Source: Candidatus Thorarchaeota archaeon (lineage in GTDB: Archaea; Asgardarchaeota; Thorarchaeia; Thorarchaeales; Thorarchaeaceae). From it: a stretch of 64,000 nucleotides of DNA. The notes beneath the pieces were generated by a model. The model saw only the letters and a list, made by a program, of their open reading frames with translations, was not told the origin of the DNA and made no database searches. Positions 26,060 to 36,267 of this stretch are shown here, piece after piece. Each line of letters opens with the position of its first letter. Within the stretch, counting starts at the first letter, position 1. Position numbers and translations under genes: made by a program. The stretch lies in assembly GCA_016839605.1 (NCBI GenBank), contig JAEOTX010000044.1, positions 1 through 64,000 on the forward strand, in the 5' to 3' direction.

Positions 26060-29000
26060 ATGCAGAAGCGGATGGCAATTTTGCTGCTGACCTTGCTCTT
26101 GGCACCACTTTTCGTGCCGATTCTAGCAACATCAAATGCAGGATATAGCACAATAACATCAACACCTCTCCGCGAATCCGTGTTGAGCAGTATGCCAAAC
26201 GTAACTGTTCCAATGAGGAGGGCCACTTTCGTTGCACAAGACCCATCATCTTACTTTGACGAGTTCTCCTACATGGCAGGCATTCCGAATAGCGTCTTTC
26301 TACATGGAGGGTCTCAATACATATCCCCCCTGGTCATGACGTCAGGCTCCCTATCTGAAGAGTGGTTTGTCAGTGACTGGGTAGAATACATGGAACCAGA
26401 TGGAGGACCCACACAAGTCATTGGAGTAGGAGACCTCACCAACTCTCTTGTGGATGACATTCAGGACATGACAGGTGTGCAGGTATATCCCCGAGTCACA
26501 GGGTCTGACTCTGCAGAAGTTGCTTCACAACTTGCAATGATGGACTGGAAGTCAAGTGACATAGCAGTCTTTGCCTTGGCCAAAGACAGCTTCCCGGCAC
26601 CGTCAGTCACATCTGGAGAGGTAGAATTTACGTTTCAGAACGCCGCTGTGACTTCTTGGATATCAGATGAAGCTGTCAATTACGGATCTATAGCTAATAT
26701 CAGCTTCACACCTCCATCATCTGCAGTGTGGATGGAAGGGGTTTTCGATTGGGCAGGAACTGAGTTATTGATTCATCAGCTTCGCGATCCAAATGATGCA
26801 ACTGTAGATTACTCAGTCTATAGTCAAGTCTTCTTTGAGCGAAATCCATCGTACGTTTCAGAAGTAGTTCCCTTGCAGTTCTGGTATCCAAAAACGCAAG
26901 ATGGGACTTGGACAATGGGCATTGAACGACTGTCTTCTGGTACCACCGACTTAAGTTGTGAAGTGAAATATCATCCTGGCTTTACTCAAACGGTAGCTGT
27001 TCCTGCAGACGCTCAATGGTTCAATGCAACAATCACTTGGGACAACACTGCAACTGACCTCAATCTAGCCCTAGTAGACCCAACCGGTAGGTTGGTGCAA
27101 TGGGCTCCCGCTGGTAGCATTTTAGCTGGTCTCAGTAGCGAAACTGTAGAGGTTCCATATCCGATGGCTGGGGATTGGACTATACTGATATCTTGGATTG
27201 ATGCTACGGAAGAAGAGAATAATGTGGACCTCTCGTGGGCGGTCTCAACACTGCCCTCTGACCTTCAGGCATATCTCGAATCTGCAGCCAATGGTGCAGT
27301 TCTTGCATCGTTGTTAAATGCGCCCCTTCTTTATGTGACAGAGAATTCAATTCCGGAATCCACACTTAATGCCGTTCAAAAGCTAGGTGTTAATGTCAGT
27401 TTTCTGGTTGATCCCGCAAACATCCATAGTGCTGCTCTTGAAACCGATCTAGAAGCATTCTCTTTCTTGACTTCTCTAGAGAGCTATCTTCTGATGACCC
27501 AATGGATTCAGCTGTTATCTGATGAAAGCGACATCGTAGTGACAGTACCTCTTGGAAATGGGAATGAGATATTCGCGCCAGCTGCATATTCAGCTGCCTT
27601 TCACGGTGCACCGATATTCTCGCTGTGTGGAGATGACAACTACTTGACAACAAGGGCTGAGGAAACCTGGGCGCCGTATCTAGTAGGTCCTGAGATTGAC
27701 ATCTACATCACCAGCAGATGGTCCACAAGACATGAGAACGGCTGGTATGATGAGCGAATCCCAAACACCTATTCTATGAGACAGTCGGTTGATGATTTTG
27801 AGGGCTTTCTTGATGACCGAGGCGCATACAACGCTACTGGTCCTCAGTCAGTCGTGGTTGTGTCATCACCAGACCTGATTAAAGTCAGCTTCGACAGGTC
27901 ACTGCAGAGTCATTTCCAAGCAGGACGAATTCCAACTAACGATCCTGCACTTGCTTCAGTATTCATCAACAGAGCTTTGCATCATAGATTCCTATTCCTG
28001 ACATCCGATTCTGCGGATGATGCAATGCTGTCATTTTATGCCTACACTGATGGATCACCATTTGTCGATAATTTCTACACTGGCTATGAAATATGGCAGA
28101 TTGAAGATACCACAGATGCTCTTCAGAGCGCTTCCTTCAATGTGGTGACTCATGTGGGAGCAAACGAAGTTTTCGATACTGTAGGCTCCCAGCTCGCTCT
28201 CTGGTCCATGAGCACACATGGTACTCTAACCCAAGGGCCTCGAGACCCTCCGCAACGACCGGGTGGGCCTGGGCTATTCTCATTGAGAGATTCAGATGCT
28301 AGCTATGGCTTTGAAGTGAGTGAATCTACACGTGAGAGTCCTTCGGATGCAGATCATTTAGTGAATCCTGTTGCGTATGAAGCAGAATTTGCTCATCATG
28401 TGTTGAAGACAACAGATGATCTGGAGGCAGTGATAGGAAACATTGGCTCACCAATCGTGATTCTGACTGCTTGCCTCTTGGGAGGAACTCGTCTTCCTCT
28501 TATGTTGATGGAGCATGGAGCTGTGGGAGTGGTCGCCTCTCCAAGGACAGTATACTTCCAGCCTGCAGGCATTCTGTCTATCCAGATTACTGAGGCACTA
28601 TGTGAGGGCAATTCAACAGGGTCGGCACTGAGCGACGCTCTCTTCAGGGTTTCACATGATTATTCTAATCCATTAGTCGATCGCGACCCGCGGGACTATG
28701 GAAACCAACAGGTGCTCTTTGGTGATCCTGAAGTGCATTTGTATTCTCCAACCAATTCGCCGCGAATAACATCAGTTGACCCTAGTTCTGTTTCACTTGA
28801 TGGGCATTTTCCTGGTCGTGGAGTTCCAGCAGTTGCTGCTCTTGGAGTAACTGATTATCTGCCTCAAACTCTTGATATTCTTGCAGTTGATCACGAATTC
28901 TATGATGCTTCTAATCTTACCGAGTTTCAATGGCTCCTGCCTCTCAGACATACTGTGCTGATAGAGCCCGGCGCACTTCCCTCGCTCTCATCAGATTTAG

Positions 29001-29905
29001 CGTTGATAAGCCAAGAGATTGAAGACTTTGTGGTGCTTGGTGGCTCTTTTGTCCTCCTAGGTGTGTCTGGAGACCTTGGTTGGCTGCCTTGGAGAATCTC
29101 CACTGGTGCAGGCACTGGTTCAACGATTGTGATAGAAGACTCAACGCATCCGTTCATGACAATGCCAAATACACTAGGCACATCAATGGACTATCAGGGT
29201 CACTTTAGTTCCATCCCAGAGAACCTGACAACTCTAGCTACAGATGGCACAAATCCAGTTATTGTGGCAGGTGTAATAGGCGCAGGAAAGCTTGCTTTGA
29301 CCACAACTCACCCAGTAGGGGCAGTCAGAAACCAAACGATTGAGAATGCCGCGCTCTGGAGCAGTATGCCATCGCTAGTACTCCACGATGCAAGTCTCAA
29401 TCAGCTCATCATTTGGGAGGGTGACCAAGTAGTCATCATGTTAGAGATTACGACTCGCAGCGGCGCTGGTGTTGGGCAAGTGAGTTTACAGGCCTGGCTG
29501 AACTCAACTGAGCTTACTGTTGTGGCGTCAGCGGAACCTGGTTTCTATAATATAACCCTCACTGAAGACTGGACACGTGGCCGTGTTGGCACTTACAGCT
29601 TGTCTTTTACTGGTATGAAATCTGGATATGACACAATTACAGTAGTCCTAATTGGCTTCATGACCATTCGTGCCTTTCCATGGATGCCGATTGCTCTAGT
29701 TGGTGGTGTGGTTGTTGCCATAGTGGGAGGGTCGGTCATCATAAACCGAAGACGTGGCGATAAAGTGGTTTCTAGGAAGCCGAAAGGCAGGAGCAAAGAT
29801 GAACGTCGTCGTGAGAAAGAAGAACGTCGTCGTCAGAAGGCAGAACGTCGTCGTCAGAAGAAAGAGGATGCAAAGGCCGATCCAAAGGAGTTCTTTGGAG
29901 TCTAG
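26060..29905 (+). CDS. Large membrane-anchored extracellular protein with C25 (gingipain)-like peptidase domain and CWB2-like segments
   Basis: Signal peptide; AANGAVLASLLNAPLLYV (CWB2-like); STHG and IVILTACLLG (His/Cys dyad), GAVGVVAS, LFGDP; C-terminal TM and basic tail. Start uncertain (ORF open from 26015). Confidence 0.65.
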   Translation: MQKRMAILLLTLLLAPLFVPILATSNAGYSTITSTPLRESVLSSMPNVTVPMRRATFVAQDPSSYFDEFSYMAGIPNSVFLHGGSQYISPLVMTSGSLSEEWFVSDWVEYMEPDGGPTQVIGVGDLTNSLVDDIQDMTGVQVYPRVTGSDSAEVASQLAMMDWKSSDIAVFALAKDSFPAPSVTSGEVEFTFQNAAVTSWISDEAVNYGSIANISFTPPSSAVWMEGVFDWAGTELLIHQLRDPNDATVDYSVYSQVFFERNPSYVSEVVPLQFWYPKTQDGTWTMGIERLSSGTTDLSCEVKYHPGFTQTVAVPADAQWFNATITWDNTATDLNLALVDPTGRLVQWAPAGSILAGLSSETVEVPYPMAGDWTILISWIDATEEENNVDLSWAVSTLPSDLQAYLESAANGAVLASLLNAPLLYVTENSIPESTLNAVQKLGVNVSFLVDPANIHSAALETDLEAFSFLTSLESYLLMTQWIQLLSDESDIVVTVPLGNGNEIFAPAAYSAAFHGAPIFSLCGDDNYLTTRAEETWAPYLVGPEIDIYITSRWSTRHENGWYDERIPNTYSMRQSVDDFEGFLDDRGAYNATGPQSVVVVSSPDLIKVSFDRSLQSHFQAGRIPTNDPALASVFINRALHHRFLFLTSDSADDAMLSFYAYTDGSPFVDNFYTGYEIWQIEDTTDALQSASFNVVTHVGANEVFDTVGSQLALWSMSTHGTLTQGPRDPPQRPGGPGLFSLRDSDASYGFEVSESTRESPSDADHLVNPVAYEAEFAHHVLKTTDDLEAVIGNIGSPIVILTACLLGGTRLPLMLMEHGAVGVVASPRTVYFQPAGILSIQITEALCEGNSTGSALSDALFRVSHDYSNPLVDRDPRDYGNQQVLFGDPEVHLYSPTNSPRITSVDPSSVSLDGHFPGRGVPAVAALGVTDYLPQTLDILAVDHEFYDASNLTEFQWLLPLRHTVLIEPGALPSLSSDLALISQEIEDFVVLGGSFVLLGVSGDLGWLPWRISTGAGTGSTIVIEDSTHPFMTMPNTLGTSMDYQGHFSSIPENLTTLATDGTNPVIVAGVIGAGKLALTTTHPVGAVRNQTIENAALWSSMPSLVLHDASLNQLIIWEGDQVVIMLEITTRSGAGVGQVSLQAWLNSTELTVVASAEPGFYNITLTEDWTRGRVGTYSLSFTGMKSGYDTITVVLIGFMTIRAFPWMPIALVGGVVVAIVGGSVIINRRRGDKVVSRKPKGRSKDERRREKEERRRQKAERRRQKKEDAKADPKEFFGV
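29801..29860 (+). repeat. 21-nt-period coding repeat (ERRRxKx x3)
   Basis: GAACGTCGTCGT at 29801, 29822 and 29843. Confidence 0.85.
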
Positions 29906-30006
29906 AAATGCGCAAAAATCACAATCTCTTGCGACTCTATTACAGCAAGGTTTTATAGCATCACCAATCGAGCTATCTCCGTTAGGACACCTCAGAGGCC
30001 TTAGAA

Positions 30007-30369
30007 ATGTCCAGCCGTGTAGACACCATCAATAAGATCATCCGCGACTTTGAAACAGTGCCAGGTGTTGAGGGGGCAGCTCTAGTATCCTTAGATGGGC
30101 TCCCTATCTCGTCGGCGCTTCCGGAGAGCGAGCAAGAAACTGTTGCGGCCATCAGCGCGGCGATAGTGTCCTTGGGAGAGAAAGCAACAAAGGAGCTGGA
30201 ACGAGGCAATCTCATGGAAATCTACGTCAAAGGGGACAGAGGATACACTCTGATGACTTCTGTGGGTGACCATGCGCTTATCCTTGTTCTGGCGAAGCCA
30301 GATGCTCAGTTAGGGCTCATATTCGTCGATATGCGAAGAATGGCGGACAAGCTTATTGAGATTCTGTAG
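30007..30369 (+). CDS. Roadblock/LC7 (MglB-like) protein
   Basis: VEGAALVSLDGLPISSAL, VAAISAAIVSLGEKATKELERG, LGLIFVDM. Confidence 0.93.
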   Translation: MSSRVDTINKIIRDFETVPGVEGAALVSLDGLPISSALPESEQETVAAISAAIVSLGEKATKELERGNLMEIYVKGDRGYTLMTSVGDHALILVLAKPDAQLGLIFVDMRRMADKLIEIL

Positions 30370-30406
30370 GAGTTTCTGTCATTAGTTGGATAGAAGAGTC
30401 ATTTTC

Positions 30407-31645
30407 TCACTTGATTCTCTGGACGATTACATCTACAATCTCCCTGGCTACATCTCGTTTGGAGGAAAGGGGAACCTTCTTCACTACTCCCTCGGAACCG
30501 ACTATCAAAACCTCATTTGTATGAGTTCCAAAAGCTACGCCTTCTCGATAAGCATCATTAGCAACCACTAGATCGCAGATTCCTGCATCTATCTTTACCC
30601 TTGCCCTCTTTTCCAGTTCCTTGTCAGTCACTTCAGATTCTACCTTGAAGCCTACAATGAACATCTTCTTGTATTTCTCACGGACCGCCTCGATGATTTT
30701 CGGAGTTGGCTCTAAGTCAACTGATAGTTTATCCTTGCCAGATGCCATTTTACTCTCAATTTTCTCCAGTGGCATATAATCTAGAACCGCAGCTGCAGAT
30801 ATCATAGCGTTCGTCTTGGACTTCTTCAGAGATTTCATCACCGCATTCATCATCTCATTTGGAGTTTCCACCTTTACCACTTCCACACTAGTAGGCGGTT
30901 CTACTCCTGTCGGCCCAATCACTAGATCAACGGTGCCGCCCCTGAAAGAGATGTTCCTTGCAATTTCAATTCCCATCCTTCCGCTTGAGGGATTTGTGAT
31001 GAAGCGGACTCTATCCATCCACCCCCTTGTCGGCCCAGCAGTTACAACAAAGTGTCTGCCTTCAAGATCTTGTGGAGTGAGCATGGCTATGACTTGTTCA
31101 GCAATTGTCACTGGAGCGGGAATCTTTGCCTTCGCCTCCTCCATCTTGGAACCCATGACATGCACTCCTATTTCTCTTAGCTTCTCAATGTTCTCGATCA
31201 CAACAGGGTGATCATACATTGATTGGTGCATTGCTGGAACAATGAGAACAGGAATGCCTGCCCCAATTGCAGAGGTTGCAGTAGTGGTCACGGGAGTGTC
31301 ATCTATCCCCTTGGCTATCTTACCAATAGTATTCGCTGTTGCAGGTGCGATCAGATAGAGATCTACATGCTCCTCATGTTTTCCGGCCAGATCGACATGT
31401 TCAATCTGTCCGGTTAGCTCGACGACTACTGGATTACCCGTCGCCCATTCCAGTAAGTAGGGGTGAATTATCTTATGGGCCATTGGGCTCATTACTGCAT
31501 ATACCTCTGCTCCGTGGCGCATTAATAGCCTCGCGATTGAAACACATTCAACTGCTGCTACGCTGCCCGTGATGCCTAATGCAATCTTCTTGTCCATTAG
31601 CGTATGACTCAAGCTTCCGATGATCAGTTTGGATGTGTGCGTCAT
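30407..31645 (-). CDS. coaBC: Bifunctional phosphopantothenoylcysteine decarboxylase/synthetase
   Basis: GITGSVAA, APATANTIGK, PAMH, TAGPT...VRFITNPSSGRMG, AAAVLDY, GFKVE, VAND; start set at ATG 31645. Confidence 0.95.
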   Translation of the reverse strand: MTHTSKLIIGSLSHTLMDKKIALGITGSVAAVECVSIARLLMRHGAEVYAVMSPMAHKIIHPYLLEWATGNPVVVELTGQIEHVDLAGKHEEHVDLYLIAPATANTIGKIAKGIDDTPVTTTATSAIGAGIPVLIVPAMHQSMYDHPVVIENIEKLREIGVHVMGSKMEEAKAKIPAPVTIAEQVIAMLTPQDLEGRHFVVTAGPTRGWMDRVRFITNPSSGRMGIEIARNISFRGGTVDLVIGPTGVEPPTSVEVVKVETPNEMMNAVMKSLKKSKTNAMISAAAVLDYMPLEKIESKMASGKDKLSVDLEPTPKIIEAVREKYKKMFIVGFKVESEVTDKELEKRARVKIDAGICDLVVANDAYREGVAFGTHTNEVLIVGSEGVVKKVPLSSKRDVAREIVDVIVQRIK

Positions 31646-31905
31646 CTGACTTGCCCATGATACATCAATGAACACCTGTTGATAAACTGAACGAACTCCA
31701 CCTATTAGGCAATCTATCACACCAAGCTTCTTAGGAAGACAGATACCATTCCTTTAATAATATCCAGCACGCAACTGCGTGAGGTGGGTAAAGAATATAT
31801 GAGTCGACTTGAATGTGCGGGAGTGCCGAAATTGGGCGGCTGTAACAGTCACACCATGTTGGGCACGCTGCTAGCGCAAGACCGACAACATCAAATGATG
31901 CTTGA

Positions 31906-32784
31906 ATGGAACTAATCTCCCACATAATAGGCGGTGCGAATACCTTGGCTAACTCTTCTCATGATCCTGACATTTTCAGTGAGTTTATTCCTGAGAAGAG
32001 AGCTAGATTTCAGGCTTATGACAAAGTGCACACGTCTCTTGGGACTCCTAGTCAATCGCTATTTATTCTTGACAACGATAATGAGGTTGACATTTTTCAG
32101 CGCGATTTCAACGAATTTCTGACCTTCAGAGGGCATAAGAAGTCAGACTCACACGATCTGCCTTATCATGTAGTACGTATCGGCTACGACGGCGATATGC
32201 TTGATGATATGTTCCGTCTTGTTGTATCTGAAGCCTCAGACAAGTTCGAACCAGCCAAACTGGATGTCAGCATGCTGTTTTCGAAGCAGGCAATCTTTCA
32301 GCATCTTTACAATATTATCACGCAAGACAAGTTTATCCTATTTCATATCACGGAATTTCCTCTCGCATACTATTTTGAAACCGCGGTGGTTGTCGATGTT
32401 GAGGATCTATCTGACGTGATGGACCCCGCTGTTCATGACGAAACAATCGTACGCTATCTGAACGACCTTCGAGAGCAAGGAACTGAGGAGCATCGCAAGA
32501 CGTATAGCTTCTTTTACAGAATAAGCACATCGTTACTCATGGAGCTGTCTAACATATTCCTTGTGGTCCCAACTGCTGGTATGCATCGCCATATGGTTGT
32601 CACCAGCTGGAGGACTCAGACGCTTCTTCTTGGTTTTAGTCCCCTGACGTGGTCCTCTGGCAGCTTTCAAGTGTTTGACCTTAGCGGGCGTGACATCGAT
32701 GCTAGGTGGGGTTTCCCTGCACCACAGAACCTTGATCCTCGAATCAAGCAATACACTAGCCTTGTTCCTCTTGGAAAGGAGTAG
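31906..32784 (+). CDS. Hypothetical protein within the CoA biosynthesis cluster
   Basis: 292-aa ORF; no motif recognised. Confidence 0.6.
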   Translation: MELISHIIGGANTLANSSHDPDIFSEFIPEKRARFQAYDKVHTSLGTPSQSLFILDNDNEVDIFQRDFNEFLTFRGHKKSDSHDLPYHVVRIGYDGDMLDDMFRLVVSEASDKFEPAKLDVSMLFSKQAIFQHLYNIITQDKFILFHITEFPLAYYFETAVVVDVEDLSDVMDPAVHDETIVRYLNDLREQGTEEHRKTYSFFYRISTSLLMELSNIFLVVPTAGMHRHMVVTSWRTQTLLLGFSPLTWSSGSFQVFDLSGRDIDARWGFPAPQNLDPRIKQYTSLVPLGKE

Positions 32785-32880
32785 TTCGGACGACGGCATG
32801 TATAGTCTAATACATATGTGTATATACGCCCGATACATTGTATATGGTTGAGTATATTAGGTGCAAAAACAGGCGGAGGA

Positions 32881-33822
32881 GTGACCACCTTGAAATCACA
32901 GGGAGAGAACCTGCTAGATACTGCCAAGGCCTTTGTACCAGGGCATATTACAGGAATCTTTCGAATCCATGATGAACATGATGACCCACTTCGTTGTGGC
33001 TCAACAGGAGCTGGGTTCTGTGTGGATATAGGCACAACCACTACTGTGAGATTGGTGGACAGCACAAAACTAGAGGTGTCAGTCGCGTATAACGGCAGAC
33101 CGATCGAGGCCATAGTAACAACGACGGTGATTCAGAGATTGCTGCAACAACATCATAGAGTCTGCAAAGTCGAAGCTGAGCATGAGTCAATGCTGCCTAT
33201 TGGCGTTGGCTTTGGTGCCTCAGGGTCCGGAGCCTTGGGAACTGCCTTGGCTCTGTCCAGTCTCATTGATGAAGATTTTGATTCTCAGGAAGCAGCAACA
33301 CATGCACATTATGCAGAGGTTGTGAATCACACAGGATTAGGAGATGTGATTGCACAGACTGCTGGTGGGGCAGAGGTCCGTGTCAAGCCCGGTGCGCCAG
33401 GAATCGGAGAGATTGTCAGGATTCCTGTGAATGGCTCATTCAATGTTGTGTTAGCAGGAGCCCCAGGTCTCGAAACCAGGAGTGTGCTTACGAATAGTGA
33501 GCATCGGGAGCGAATTATCAATGTTGCTGATGCACTGATGGAAGAGCTTGGCAGTAATCCTACGATTGACAGTTTTGTTTCCTCTTCAAAGCAGTTCGCC
33601 CGTTCTATTGGACTTATGACCTCTCGCGTGAAATCAGCTCTTGGTGAGCTTGAAGCAGCCGGACTAGGCGACTCCAGTATGGTAATGCTTGGTGATTCAA
33701 TATTCTGCTTCTGCAACGATGACGAGTCACATCACGTAGTGGATATCCTGTCAATGTCCTGGAGCCCTGATCAAGTTCAGGTTACGGGAATCTCAGAGGA
33801 AGGCGGGAGGTTGATGCAGTGA
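32881..33822 (+). CDS. pok: Pantoate kinase (GHMP family)
   Basis: AFVPGHITGIF, GSTGAG, LPIGVGFGASG, AHYAEV...TGLGDV, MVMLG; GTG 32881 after GGAGGA. Confidence 0.92.
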   Translation: MTTLKSQGENLLDTAKAFVPGHITGIFRIHDEHDDPLRCGSTGAGFCVDIGTTTTVRLVDSTKLEVSVAYNGRPIEAIVTTTVIQRLLQQHHRVCKVEAEHESMLPIGVGFGASGSGALGTALALSSLIDEDFDSQEAATHAHYAEVVNHTGLGDVIAQTAGGAEVRVKPGAPGIGEIVRIPVNGSFNVVLAGAPGLETRSVLTNSEHRERIINVADALMEELGSNPTIDSFVSSSKQFARSIGLMTSRVKSALGELEAAGLGDSSMVMLGDSIFCFCNDDESHHVVDILSMSWSPDQVQVTGISEEGGRLMQ

Positions 33823-34607
33823 CAAAAATAGAGGTTCCTGCGGACCATCCTCGAAAAGCCTCTCTAGACATCCGTGAGAAGATAATTGAAGGGCATGAGA
33901 AGAACATAGTAGCTACTGCTGGTCTATTAGCCCATGGACGTGGAGAGGCGTTCGATTACATGATAGGTGAAGCCACCAATGCAGAGGCAATGGATGCATG
34001 CAGAGCTGCTGTAGCGGCGATGCTACTGGCAAAGCGTCCTGTGATTAGTGTGAATGGAAACGCATGTGCCCTGGTGCCCGATGAGCTTGTTGATTTATCC
34101 GAGCTCACAAATGCTCCGTTGGAGATTAATCTGTTCTATTATAGGCCAGAAAGGGAAGATGCCATCCTTCAGGCATTATTGATAGCAGGTGCGAAGGAAG
34201 TACTGGGTACGCACGATCGTCCTTCTGAAACAATTCCTGAGCTTAGCAGCAATAGAAGAAAAGTCGACTCAGAGGGTATTGCTAAGGCGGATGTGGTCCT
34301 AGTTCCTCTTGAAGACGGCGATCGAACTGAGGCATTGAAGGCAATTGGAAAATTCGTAATCACAATTGACCTTAATCCAATGTCGCGTACATCTGTTTAC
34401 TCTGACATCACTATAGTTGACAATATCGTGAGGGCTGCCCCCCTCATGGTGCAGTATGCACGTGAAATGAAGGATTGGCCTTCAGAGAAGCTGAATACAC
34501 TAGTAGCAAGCTTTGATAATCGGAAGAATCTGAACATAGAGGTCTCTCTGATGAGAGATCATCTAAGCCATCAGATAGATGCTACCTACAAGGGGGATGA
34601 ACCTTGA
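33819..34607 (+). CDS. pps: 4-Phosphopantoate--beta-alanine ligase (phosphopantothenate synthetase)
   Basis: HPRKASL, AHGRGEAFDY, ISVNGN, VPLEDGDR, IDLNPMSRT. Confidence 0.93.
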   Translation: MTKIEVPADHPRKASLDIREKIIEGHEKNIVATAGLLAHGRGEAFDYMIGEATNAEAMDACRAAVAAMLLAKRPVISVNGNACALVPDELVDLSELTNAPLEINLFYYRPEREDAILQALLIAGAKEVLGTHDRPSETIPELSSNRRKVDSEGIAKADVVLVPLEDGDRTEALKAIGKFVITIDLNPMSRTSVYSDITIVDNIVRAAPLMVQYAREMKDWPSEKLNTLVASFDNRKNLNIEVSLMRDHLSHQIDATYKGDEP

Positions 34608-35593
34608 AGATTGTAATAATGGGCTCTGGAGCAATTGGGAGCCTCTATGGCGGATTACTATGCCTCTCAGGTGAGGAAGTGACACTTCTTGTTGGGAGGA
34701 AGCCCAATGTTGACGCTATCAACAAACGTGGCTTGAGAATCAAAGGTGTCCTTGGAGAACACACCATCCCATTCAAAGCAACACAGAATTCCGAGGACAT
34801 TGAAATAGCTGATTTGGTGCTCATTACCACAAAAGCCTATGATGCAGTTGAAGCGGCGCGTCGTATGAGGCATTTGGCAAAGAAAGGGACATACTTTCTA
34901 GTCCTCCAGAACGGTATCGGTACTGAGAAAAAGGTCGCAGAAGTCCTGGGGTCTCGTAGAGTCCTAAGAGCCACCACTTGCATGGGGGCTTTGATGACTG
35001 CACCTGGGGAGGTCACTGCTACAGGTGTTGGAATCACTGAGCTAGGATCTCATTTCCCCGAGAATCAAGACATGGTTGAAGAAGTAGTCGCTATGATGAG
35101 AAATGCAGGGTTCGATGTGGTATCATCAGAGAATATCGAGGGAGTGGTCTGGACAAAGACGATTGTCAACTGCGGAATCAATCCTATAGGTGCCCTCACC
35201 GGTATGACTAATGGAGAGATCTACAATGATAAACGTCTTCGAGATCTTGTCATTAAGCTAGTAGAGGAGACCGCCCATGTTGCAGACGCTCTGGGCATAG
35301 AACTCACGACTAAAGATCCCGTTCGATATGCGCTTGGAACTGCCAAAGCCACATCTGAGAACATCAACTCCATGCTTCAAGACATCCAATGCTGCAAGCA
35401 GACCGAAATCGATGCAATCACTGGTGAAGTGATACGACTTGCAAAAGAGCTTGGCATTGAAACACCTCTTAGCGAGTCTGTCTATGCACTTGTCAAGGCT
35501 CTCGAGTCAAAGGTCACCAGATTCGAGAAACATGAAGATAAGTTGCCGCCATTATCAGTTGATGAAGTCGAAAGAGCAATCACCGGTATCTGA
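34604..35593 (+). CDS. panE: 2-Dehydropantoate 2-reductase
   Basis: GSGAIGS, TKAYD, LQNGIG, WTKTIVNCGINP, NSMLQD...TEIDAITG. Confidence 0.93.
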   Translation: MKIVIMGSGAIGSLYGGLLCLSGEEVTLLVGRKPNVDAINKRGLRIKGVLGEHTIPFKATQNSEDIEIADLVLITTKAYDAVEAARRMRHLAKKGTYFLVLQNGIGTEKKVAEVLGSRRVLRATTCMGALMTAPGEVTATGVGITELGSHFPENQDMVEEVVAMMRNAGFDVVSSENIEGVVWTKTIVNCGINPIGALTGMTNGEIYNDKRLRDLVIKLVEETAHVADALGIELTTKDPVRYALGTAKATSENINSMLQDIQCCKQTEIDAITGEVIRLAKELGIETPLSESVYALVKALESKVTRFEKHEDKLPPLSVDEVERAITGI

Positions 35594-36263
35594 ACATAGA
35601 CCTTGCCATTTCATATGACGATTCAGCATGTCGCTTCGCATTGCTTGTGATTGCATTCATGTGTCCCGGTAGCGCAATGACGAACTCCCATTCGGTGATT
35701 CTCTTCAATGACGCAACTAGCTGCTGAGGATTTCCTGTGGGAAAGTCAACTCGTCCGAAACTTCCTCCTGGAAACAACGTATCCCCAGTTATCAGAATCC
35801 CCTGGTCCTCCATATGCAGACATATGCTTCCGATAGAGTGTCCAGGAGTGCTATAGACCTTGAAGCAAACGTTGCCTATACACAGGTTCTGACCCTCCTC
35901 AAGCAGGTTGTCAATCTTCATTGGCGGAAATTCTACTCCGAAGGTGGTGGAGAGTGTCAGTCTCATGTCACCAGAGTTTATCATTTCTCCCTCTGATTTG
36001 TGAAGATGTAGCGTTGGACTAGAGGCCTCGATGATAGGTAGGACGCCTCCTATATGATCAATGTGACTATGAGTGAGCACGATATCTGTAATTGCCTCTA
36101 CGGATGAGCCGATCTTCACAAGATCTTGATTTAGCGCATCTGGGTACATTCCTGTTCCAGCATCAACCAGAATTTGCTTCTCTCCTCCGTTGATGTAGAT
36201 TATATTTGAGTCAAAGGAGTTACTCACTTTGATGTAGATGTTGTCGCTGACCTGTCTGAACAT
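35580..36263 (-). CDS. MBL-fold metallo-hydrolase (glyoxalase II-like)
   Basis: THSHIDHIGG, TPGHS, GDTLF, PGH. Confidence 0.9.
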   Translation of the reverse strand: MFRQVSDNIYIKVSNSFDSNIIYINGGEKQILVDAGTGMYPDALNQDLVKIGSSVEAITDIVLTHSHIDHIGGVLPIIEASSPTLHLHKSEGEMINSGDMRLTLSTTFGVEFPPMKIDNLLEEGQNLCIGNVCFKVYSTPGHSIGSICLHMEDQGILITGDTLFPGGSFGRVDFPTGNPQQLVASLKRITEWEFVIALPGHMNAITSNAKRHAESSYEMARSMFRYR

Positions 36264-36267
36264 CAAG

